A stretch of DNA of 64,000 bases, from assembly GCA_965228855.1 (NCBI GenBank), contig CBDDIJ010000002.1:1856001-1920000 (forward strand), read 5' to 3'. Source of the stretch: Candidatus Obscuribacterales bacterium (GTDB lineage: Bacteria; Cyanobacteriota; Vampirovibrionia; Obscuribacterales; Obscuribacteraceae). Below the pieces are notes generated by a model. It did not search any database and was not told the origin of the DNA. It saw only the letters and a program-made list of their open reading frames with translations. Below are positions 56,876-64,000 of this stretch, piece after piece. Position 1 is the first letter of the stretch, and each line of letters begins with the position of its first letter. Made by a program: the position numbers and the translations under genes.

Positions 56876-58333
56876 CTAAAACTGGAAGTAAATGAACGCT
56901 GGCGTGACGTCTGGTGAAAAGATCAACAGCATCGCGATCAGCACGGCCAGGTAAGCCGGTTTGAAACCCGGGAAATACTTGGGCAGAATTCCAGGTTTCT
57001 CCTTGGAATTCGCAAGGGCAATTTGCATTATCCACATAGCGATGAGCACCAGCGGTAATACCGGATATATTATCGAACCATTGGTGTTCATTATGGCGGG
57101 CTGCCAGTTTGCCAGCCCTTCTGCAGCCGGTTGCAAATTGAACATTTTGCCTATTACGAGCAGGCCTTCTGGAATATTATTGGCTCGGAATATTGCCAAG
57201 CCCAGGGCATGAGCGTTGAAAGTAAGCGCGATCGCGAAGATGTGAAAGACCTTCGTTTCCACCAGTTTCTCCAGTGCTCGGCTGCGTGCCACCACTTTTC
57301 GCCACATGCGATGGAGCACCAGCAGCACGCCCACGTAAAATCCCCACACGACAAAGTGCGGTGCTGCTCCGTGCCACAACCCTCCAAGAGTCATCGTGAT
57401 CACCAGGTTGATGCAGGTGCGTACCTCGCCAAGACGGCTGCCGCCAAGAGGGATATACAGATAATCCTTCAGCCATGTCGACAGCGTAATGTGCCAGCGT
57501 TTCCAGAACTCGCTGTATGAGCCGGATAGATATGGCAAATTGAAGTTCTGCGGGACTTTGATTCCCATTAGCAACGCGGAACCACGGGCGATATCAGTGT
57601 ACCCGGAGAAGTCGAAGTACACCTGGAAGGTGAATGCCCAGGTTGCCAGCCAGAAGTCTGCTCCAGTCAGCATATCGGGGTGTGCGAAGCATCGAGTTAC
57701 AGCAATGCCAAGCGTGTCAGCCAGAACGACTTTTTTGAACAGACCGAAGAAGATCAACTCCATCGCTTCGTTGAATTCCTGGACGTTCAACTTCTTGTCG
57801 AACTTGAGCTGTGGAATGAACTGCTGATACCGTTTGATAGGCCCGGCTATCTGAGTGGGGAAGAAACTTGGGAAGAGCGCGAATTCAACAAATGACTTTA
57901 CCGGTTTATCGCCGCGATAAATATCGACAAGGTAATGGATAAACTCGAATACGAAGAACGAGATTCCTAGCGGCAGAACAATCTCCCAGGAGATCGAAGG
58001 CAGTTGGTGCAGACCGATTGTTTTGAACATATCGTTCAAAACGTCTCGCGTCATGTACGTATATTTGAAGTAGCCGAGCACGAGCAGGTTCGTCGTAAGC
58101 GCCAGAGCGAGCCATTTCCCTTTATGCTTTTCGCTTCGGTCAATGAGGAAACCGAAGATCCAGTTGACAGCTGTGAGCGTGAAAATCAGGACGCCATAAA
58201 TCGGCTTCCAGAACATGTAGAAGACGTAGCTGGCGACAAGAAGCATCGCCGAGCGCCATTTCTGTGGCGTGAGCCAAAACAGCAGCACTGTCACTGGTAG
58301 AAAAATCAGATATGAAACACTGTTGAACAGCAT
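56876..58333 (-). CDS. MBOAT O-acyltransferase (AlgI/PatA type)
   Basis: MLFNS, LPLGISFF.F, AGPI, YFDFSGY, FWKRWHITLS.WL.DYLY, GLWHGA. Confidence 0.93.
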   Translation of the reverse strand: MLFNSVSYLIFLPVTVLLFWLTPQKWRSAMLLVASYVFYMFWKPIYGVLIFTLTAVNWIFGFLIDRSEKHKGKWLALALTTNLLVLGYFKYTYMTRDVLNDMFKTIGLHQLPSISWEIVLPLGISFFVFEFIHYLVDIYRGDKPVKSFVEFALFPSFFPTQIAGPIKRYQQFIPQLKFDKKLNVQEFNEAMELIFFGLFKKVVLADTLGIAVTRCFAHPDMLTGADFWLATWAFTFQVYFDFSGYTDIARGSALLMGIKVPQNFNLPYLSGSYSEFWKRWHITLSTWLKDYLYIPLGGSRLGEVRTCINLVITMTLGGLWHGAAPHFVVWGFYVGVLLVLHRMWRKVVARSRALEKLVETKVFHIFAIALTFNAHALGLAIFRANNIPEGLLVIGKMFNLQPAAEGLANWQPAIMNTNGSIIYPVLPLVLIAMWIMQIALANSKEKPGILPKYFPGFKPAYLAVLIAMLLIFSPDVTPAFIYFQF

Positions 58334-58343
58334 CTGTAAGCTC

Positions 58344-59621
58344 CTACAACTGACTTTGCGCCTTGGCGGCGACGGATGGTTTGTTTTGAGGCGCAGCCTG
58401 TGCGGACGGTTGAGCCTTGTTTGCGACAGATTCGGACGAGCCGCCGGACAGGTGGGCGACAAACCGTTTTTGAGACGCGATATATTCGGCAATCAGAGCG
58501 TGCAGTTTCTCGCCGCCGGACGCATCCATGTGAGCCCAGTCAGTGAAGTCTTGCGGCTCGAATTTAGCGGTTGCCTGAGCGTCAAAATAGCCGCAGTCGT
58601 ATTTATTCGCGAGCGATTTTAGCGTGTCTACGTGGCGATCGTAGACGTTGTCGCGCATGCATCGCAACGCGAGACTGGTTACCGGCATGTTGACCAGAAC
58701 AACGTCGATGCCTTCGCTGCGAAGCGCTTTCAGGTTCATCTCAAGCCATGTCTTTTGATTCTCAAAAAGTTCGTTGTTCGGAGTGGCATAGCGCATCATG
58801 CAGTCCGCATCTGCGACGTCAGCATAGTGATAAGGTGTGGTAGGGTGCGCTACCCACACGCCTTTCTCCAGTTCCGCCCTGTGCATCGCGAACTTGCGGT
58901 CTTCGTCTGTCACGCGATCAAGTGGGCTGCCAGGCAGATTCTTGAGCACGGGAGCGAGAAACTGCTCCACTCCATGACGCATGACTTGCTGAATCGGTTG
59001 GCTTTTGCCTTTGAAATAAATGTAGTCGTTAACCCAGTACTGCGGACGTTCCCAAACATTTGGCACCGCCAGTGGTTCCAATCCTGTTTGATCTACGAAA
59101 CGGCAAAGATATCTGTAGTGACGCGATGAAGCGGCGTGACCGAAATCATTATCGACCATATCACGTGGAACCATGCCGATTACGACGACCTTCGGCTTCC
59201 GGTCGCCCTTGAAAAGCGCCTTGGTGATCATGTAACCGTCCGATGGAACGGCGCCAGGCAAGCCAAAGTTGAAACAACCGAGGTTGCCTATGCCTGTGTA
59301 TTTCTTCAGCTGATCTTCAGCGTAGTGGCTGGTGTGGTCTGCAACCAGATCGAGGTCTTTGCCGCGATATGCAGCCTCCTGCCACCAGGTTGGATGCATC
59401 ATCACGGAGGAGCCGACGTAAACCACATCCGGCGCTTTCGGTTTTTCCCTGTAGTCTTGCGCGGCCCAGTATGACCAGGTTCTAATTGTCGGCAGACTAT
59501 CGACATCGATCTTCTTGATTGGGTCGCCGAGTAACAAGGCGATGTTAACGCCGACTAATATAATTAACGCGCCCAGTATCGGGACCGTTTTAAACCAATT
59601 CTGTTTCTTGTCGAGGCTCAT
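58344..59621 (-). CDS. Membrane-anchored SGNH-like protein (DUF1574 / AlgJ-PatB-like partner of the MBOAT)
   Basis: N-terminal TM; VYVGSS, FNFGLPGA, LVNMP and FTDWAHM (DxxH); 10 bp from the MBOAT start. Confidence 0.75.
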   Translation of the reverse strand: MSLDKKQNWFKTVPILGALIILVGVNIALLLGDPIKKIDVDSLPTIRTWSYWAAQDYREKPKAPDVVYVGSSVMMHPTWWQEAAYRGKDLDLVADHTSHYAEDQLKKYTGIGNLGCFNFGLPGAVPSDGYMITKALFKGDRKPKVVVIGMVPRDMVDNDFGHAASSRHYRYLCRFVDQTGLEPLAVPNVWERPQYWVNDYIYFKGKSQPIQQVMRHGVEQFLAPVLKNLPGSPLDRVTDEDRKFAMHRAELEKGVWVAHPTTPYHYADVADADCMMRYATPNNELFENQKTWLEMNLKALRSEGIDVVLVNMPVTSLALRCMRDNVYDRHVDTLKSLANKYDCGYFDAQATAKFEPQDFTDWAHMDASGGEKLHALIAEYIASQKRFVAHLSGGSSESVANKAQPSAQAAPQNKPSVAAKAQSQL

Positions 59622-59785
59622 GCTTCCCCAGATTCGTTCCGCTTTTCAGCCGTGAAAAATGATGGTAACAAACATCATGAAAACCTGCCTTAGATACGAC
59701 TAGGAAACCGTTTGCGCCGGTTGCAAGAAGGACAGGATGAGGCTGTTTTCGTTACCGTTCATTACTGCGGTCCCGTGAAACGAAC

Positions 59786-59814
59786 AAAAAAGCACGTGTC
59801 ATGGACACGTGCTT
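59786..59814 (-). terminator. Intrinsic terminator after rplY
   Basis: AAGCACGTGTC / GACACGTGCTT hairpin with an A-run giving a U-tail on the minus strand. Confidence 0.8.
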
Positions 59815-59837
59815 CGTGAAGGCTTCGAGAGAGGCGA

Positions 59838-60485
59838 CTATTCTTCGCCAGCGGTCTCTTCTTCTTTGGCTTCTTCCTCTTCTGCCGGTGCTGCAGCTTC
59901 TTCCTGTGCTGCTTGGTTTGCATCTTCGACAGCTGAGCTTCTCGGTGTAACCGCGCGAGCGACGATTTCTTCGAGAGGATTGAGAACCTTAATAGAGGGA
60001 GAGATTTTGAGATCTTGGAAGGTGATAGCCGAATCCAATTCTTTCAACTTCGAGATGTCTGCTTCTACGAAGTCCGGAATTTCGTGGGGGTAGCACTCGA
60101 TATCAACCGAGACTGCTGATTCCAGGAATTGGGCGCTGAAGATTTTGACAGCGGGCGAAACTCCGACAAACTTGATCGGCACGCTCACGGTCAGCTTCTT
60201 GTCGAGACTGACTCTGTAGAACTCGATATTCAGAACCGCATCGGAAGTGGAGACCCGTTGAACGTTTCTAATGATAACGTTGACCGGCTTGCCGCCTTCG
60301 GTCTGGAGTTCGAGCAGGTGCGAGAAAGCCGCTGCCGGCAGTCTCGAGAATTCGCGAGCGTCGATTTGAACGCTTTCCGACGGGACCGCTGGTCCGTAAA
60401 TTGTTGCCGGCACTTTGCCTTCGCGACGAAGGAGGCGAGCGGTCTTTTCTTCCCGTTTGCTAGCTGTGAGCGTGAACTTATCCAT
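59838..60485 (-). CDS. rplY: 50S ribosomal protein L25 (long/CTC form)
   Basis: ARLLRREGKVPATIYG, NIEFYRV, VPIKFVG and an acidic tail. Confidence 0.95.
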   Translation of the reverse strand: MDKFTLTASKREEKTARLLRREGKVPATIYGPAVPSESVQIDAREFSRLPAAAFSHLLELQTEGGKPVNVIIRNVQRVSTSDAVLNIEFYRVSLDKKLTVSVPIKFVGVSPAVKIFSAQFLESAVSVDIECYPHEIPDFVEADISKLKELDSAITFQDLKISPSIKVLNPLEEIVARAVTPRSSAVEDANQAAQEEAAAPAEEEEAKEEETAGEE

Positions 60486-60564
60486 TGTCTTTTCCCGGTT
60501 TTTTCGGTGTGTGTTCTTCCGGCGAGGACACGCTTAACGCCGCGTCCATACGCCAAAAAGAGAG

Positions 60565-60636
60565 CTGGGGTGCAAGGATTCGAACCTCAGAATGGCTGGA
60601 CCAAAACCAGCTGCCTTACCGCTTGGCGACACCCCA
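60565..60636 (-). tRNA. trnQ: tRNA-Gln (anticodon TTG), CCA not encoded
   Basis: TGGGGTG acceptor stem, GCCAAGCGGTAAGGC D-arm, GCTGG-TTTTGGT-CCAGC anticodon arm, GGTTCGAATCC T-arm. Confidence 0.97.
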
Positions 60637-60654
60637 ATATCGCGTAGGTTGTTG

Positions 60655-60684
60655 ATTCTATTGAATGTCCTATCGCTATGTCAA
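60655..60684 (-). promoter_or_regulatory. Sigma70-type promoter for tRNA-Gln and rplY
   Basis: TTGACA-18 nt-TAGAAT on the minus strand, 18 nt upstream of the tRNA. Confidence 0.75.
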
Positions 60685-60740
60685 CGCTGACAGCCGTTTT
60701 TTGAAGCGGCGTTACAAACGTTATGCGACTTTAGCCGTTG

Positions 60741-62450
60741 TTAATGAAAGCCGCCCTTCACTCGACCGGCTTCTTCCATGAGCGAATGCGCGAAAGTCAT
60801 AGCCACTTCCTCCCCTTCGCGACCGCTTGCCATTTCCGCCAGTGCTTTCAGCAAAGAATCGCCTTCCAGGCGTCCAGCCTTGATTACGGTTTTATCATCA
60901 GACTGCTCTTTACATACGTGTATGTAGTTGTCGGCGACAGAAGCAATTATCGGTTGGTGAGTGATGCAGAGAATTTGGTGGCTGGCTGCTAGATTCACGA
61001 GCTTGTCGCGAATTGCTTTCAAAATCTTGCCGCTTAAACCTGTGTCGATCTCGTCGAATACAACTGTCGAGACGCGATCCGCTCTTGCAAAAATGGTCTT
61101 CAGCGCCAGCATTATTCGCGACAACTCGCCGCCTGATGCAATTTTCGCGAGTGATGCCAGTGGTTGACCTGGGTTCGGCGCTATCAAAAACTCTACTTTA
61201 TCTATGCCATCAGCAGTGACGTCGTCGAGTGTCGTAAAATTGATGTTGAACCGGCAACGTTCCATACCCAGGTCGGCGAGCTCCTTGAGAATGGCCTTCG
61301 TCAGGCTCTCCGCCAGTTTCTGGCGTTCCTGTGAAAGTTGAGCGCTTGTCTCGTTCAACTTCGTAAGTAATTCATCCAGTTCTTTTTGAATCGAGCTGAT
61401 GGAACTGGTTGCGTTCTCCAGCTTTTCGATTTCTTCTTCCAGCTCGGCCTGTTTCTCGATTGCGTCAATCAGCCCGGGACCATACTTTCGCTTTACCTGC
61501 GTCAAAACCGCTAACCGCGCTTCTACCTCGCTTAACGATTCCGGGTCGAGATCAAGCGAACTTCTATAACGGCGAACTCCATCAATAGCTTCTTCTAAAT
61601 TGACGAGACTTTCTCTGACGAATCCGGCGGACTGGCCGACTGATGCGTCAAGCTCAGTGAGCGTCTCCAGATCCGCGAGGCTCTCCTGAAGAATGTCGCG
61701 CGCTGCGGTAAAGCCGTCACCATATGTGGAGTCACCACCCGCCAGTTGCGACATTACCTTTTCAGTCGTCGAATCGATTCGAGCAGCGTTTGCCAAAACT
61801 TTGTGCCGGTCGCTAAGCTCCTCGTCTTCGTGCTCGCTAACAAGATTGGCTTCTTGCAGTTCATCTAATTGAAATCTTGCAAAATCCAGACGCTTGATTC
61901 TTTCTTCTTCTGAAATAGAAAGTTCTTCAAACTGTTTTCTAAGGTCTCGATGTCTGGCGTGCAGCGTTCTGACTTTCTCACGCAGCTGACCATGAGCCTT
62001 ATTGCCTAATCCGTCAAGCAGTTCCAATTGCGCGCTGTTTGTCATCAGCGTGCGCAACTCGTGCTGGGCGTGAAACGTTAGTAACAGCTGTCGAAGTTCG
62101 TTCAAATGCGATGCGTTGACTGGAAAACCATTGATTCGCGCTCGTGAGCCGGAGCGCGTCACCTCGCGATATACAATGAGATCTGTCTGATCTTCGTCGA
62201 TCAGCTCCTGCTGTTTAAGCCAGGCTGTCACCGTGGGTGATGGCTCGAAGATTGCTTCGATAGTGGCCCGGTCTTTGCCGTCCTTGATCTGATTGGCGCT
62301 TACCTTGGCACCGAGGACGATGCTGAGGGCGTCAAAGAGAATCGACTTTCCGGCGCCGGTTTCACCAGCCAGGATGTTTAACCCTTTTGTCCAGTGAACC
62401 TCTAGCTCCTGGATGATCGCCAGGTTTGTTATGGATATGTTTTTTAGCAC
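60741..62450 (-). CDS. recN: DNA repair protein RecN
   Basis: GETGAGKS, ASGGELSR.MLA, VFDEIDTG, LCITHQP. Confidence 0.97.
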   Translation of the reverse strand: MLKNISITNLAIIQELEVHWTKGLNILAGETGAGKSILFDALSIVLGAKVSANQIKDGKDRATIEAIFEPSPTVTAWLKQQELIDEDQTDLIVYREVTRSGSRARINGFPVNASHLNELRQLLLTFHAQHELRTLMTNSAQLELLDGLGNKAHGQLREKVRTLHARHRDLRKQFEELSISEEERIKRLDFARFQLDELQEANLVSEHEDEELSDRHKVLANAARIDSTTEKVMSQLAGGDSTYGDGFTAARDILQESLADLETLTELDASVGQSAGFVRESLVNLEEAIDGVRRYRSSLDLDPESLSEVEARLAVLTQVKRKYGPGLIDAIEKQAELEEEIEKLENATSSISSIQKELDELLTKLNETSAQLSQERQKLAESLTKAILKELADLGMERCRFNINFTTLDDVTADGIDKVEFLIAPNPGQPLASLAKIASGGELSRIMLALKTIFARADRVSTVVFDEIDTGLSGKILKAIRDKLVNLAASHQILCITHQPIIASVADNYIHVCKEQSDDKTVIKAGRLEGDSLLKALAEMASGREGEEVAMTFAHSLMEEAGRVKGGFH

Positions 62451-62704
62451 AGGCGGATATCGAGACCGAGAATTATGGTGTTACGCGTGGTATCAGTAGG
62501 AAGCGGACACCGTCAAGTATAATACGCCGCGATCATTTGTGAAGCCCCAACGGCAGCTTTCTTTTCCTATTGCTATGCGATGTTTGAAATAAAGCTGCAA
62601 GTGCTTGACGTAATGGTTTCGTTTGCGACAGTTAGAAGGAAACGGGAGCAGGCGGAAAGAGTCTCAGTACATCCAACGCCGAACGGTCTTGAGTGCATCG
62701 CGGC

Positions 62705-62738
62705 AAAAAAAACGCGCCCGTTTATGTCGAGCGCGTTT
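62705..62738 (-). terminator. Intrinsic terminator after mrp
   Basis: AAACGCGC / GCGCGTTT stem with an 8-A run giving a U-tail on the minus strand. Confidence 0.65.
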
Positions 62739-62759
62739 AAGTTTCTAAACCGATTCTCG

Positions 62760-63842
62760 TTAGCCGACCGGTTGCAGTGCGTGGATGCTGACTTGCGCAG
62801 CCACTTGCTTTGCGATTTCGATGAAAACCTGAGAGACCGGCGAATCCGGCTTGCATGCCACGACGGGCTCTCCCTGGTCGCCGCCTTCGCGAACACTGAT
62901 GTCGATTGGAACTTCACCGAGGAATGGCACGCCATATTCTTCGGCCATGCGCTTGCCGCCGCCGTGACCGAAGATCTCGAATCTTTCGGAGGAACCTGGC
63001 GGTTGGAAGTAACTCATGTTTTCAATGAAACCGAGGACCGGAACGTTCATTTGTCTGAACATCGCCAGCCCTTTCTGTCCGTCGAGCAGCGCGACTTCTT
63101 GCGGCGTGGTGACGATGACTCCGCCGGACATGTCGGTCGCTTGAACCATTGAAAGCTGTGCATCGCCCGTGCCTGGCGGCATGTCGACGATCAAATAATC
63201 GAGTTCGCCCCATTCCACATCGCGGAGGAACTGTCTGATCGCTTTGTCGAGCATTGGACCACGCCAGATCAGAGGCGTGTCTTTGGCTACGAAAAATGCC
63301 ATAGACATGCATTTGATTCCGTAATTTTCGGCTGGAATGATCAGCTCATCTTTTGCTTTGGGTTGATAGTCGCCGACGCCGAGCATAAGTGGGCAGTTTG
63401 GACCGGTGATGTCCGAGTCGAGGATGCCGACCTTGGCGCCAAGATGTTTGAGTGCGGCTGCGAGGTTGATTGATACGGTCGTTTTTCCGACCCCGCCCTT
63501 GCCGGAGGTGACGGCGATAATATGTTTAACGCCTTTGATGGGCTCCTTTTCAGAAATCTTCGCGCGACCTGTAACTTGCGCGTCGGTTTCCATGCTGATC
63601 TCTTCAACGCCAGGAATTGCCTTCACTGCTTCGCGGCAATCTGTCTCAATCTTTTCTTTGAGCGGGCATGCCGGCGTCGTCAAAGTGAGTTTGAAGTGAA
63701 CTTTCTTTCCTTCGACCTTGATGTCCGAAATCATATTGAGCGTGACGATGTCGATATGAAGATCCGGATCCAAAACCGTAGAGAGCGCCTTTTTGACGTC
63801 CTCCGCTGTTACCTTGCTGCCTTTGCTCGTTCCAAAAATCAT
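62760..63842 (-). CDS. mrp: Mrp/ApbC/NBP35 Fe-S carrier ATPase with N-terminal DUF59 domain
   Basis: VLDPDL..LTTPACPL, SGKGGVGKTT, WRGPM, DMPPGTGD, VTTPQ, ENMS. Confidence 0.95.
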   Translation of the reverse strand: MIFGTSKGSKVTAEDVKKALSTVLDPDLHIDIVTLNMISDIKVEGKKVHFKLTLTTPACPLKEKIETDCREAVKAIPGVEEISMETDAQVTGRAKISEKEPIKGVKHIIAVTSGKGGVGKTTVSINLAAALKHLGAKVGILDSDITGPNCPLMLGVGDYQPKAKDELIIPAENYGIKCMSMAFFVAKDTPLIWRGPMLDKAIRQFLRDVEWGELDYLIVDMPPGTGDAQLSMVQATDMSGGVIVTTPQEVALLDGQKGLAMFRQMNVPVLGFIENMSYFQPPGSSERFEIFGHGGGKRMAEEYGVPFLGEVPIDISVREGGDQGEPVVACKPDSPVSQVFIEIAKQVAAQVSIHALQPVG

Positions 63843-64000
63843 AGCTGCCTCACGTAACCGCACGAATAAAATGCCAAAACGACTTTTGCCGAACTTGTTT
63901 GAAGTTGGCTCGCCTCAGTCGTTGCAGTTTTAATAATAGATCATGAATACAGGAACTACGCAGGCGTAATCAAATATTCATGTGCGATACACGAGTCAAT

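Noticed and set aside
21190..57235. HIP1 (GCGATCGC) enrichment typical of photosynthetic cyanobacteria
   Set aside because: Only about three copies were noticed by eye, far below HIP1-rich genomes; this was not an exhaustive count.
58334..58492. N-terminal extension of the MBOAT overlapping the SGNH gene
   Set aside because: The family-typical start MLFNS at 58333 removes the overlap.
60565..60636. tRNA-Gln as an integration site for an island
   Set aside because: It is flanked by core genes rplY and recN, with no duplicated tRNA 3' end or integrase seen.
62580..62704. Small RNA between recN and mrp
   Set aside because: There is a TTGACG hexamer but no convincing -10 element, stable fold or family motif.

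Overview
This is a gene-dense bacterial chromosomal segment, most consistent with a non-photosynthetic cyanobacterial relative (Vampirovibrionia/Melainabacteria, Obscuribacterales-like). That placement is inferred from the cyanobacteria-type Tic20-like, YggT, SLH, Mrp and plsX-fabH-fabD genes, the expanded kinase-LRR receptors and the absence of photosynthesis genes. Housekeeping genes include thiL, folD, cinA, queA/queG, secD/secF, yceD-rpmF-plsX-fabH-fabD, rplY, tRNA-Gln(TTG), recN and mrp, interspersed with signalling and envelope genes. The most notable items are: (1) an SPFH + NAD-kinase-like + cinA cluster preceded by an NrtR-type operator and a structured leader; (2) a dispersed c-di-GMP set of one intact diguanylate cyclase, three degenerate GGDEF proteins and a stand-alone MshEN-like protein; (3) receptor-like Ser/Thr kinase-TM-LRR genes with a duplicated Cys-rich S-x-TQWI module, one decayed and one lacking a canonical start codon; (4) an unexplained structured intergenic element beside a 21-bp tandem repeat; (5) a barrel-less SLH/coiled-coil protein. 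I found no CRISPR array, rRNA, transposase, integrase or phage genes. All calls come from reading motifs by eye; no database searches were run.
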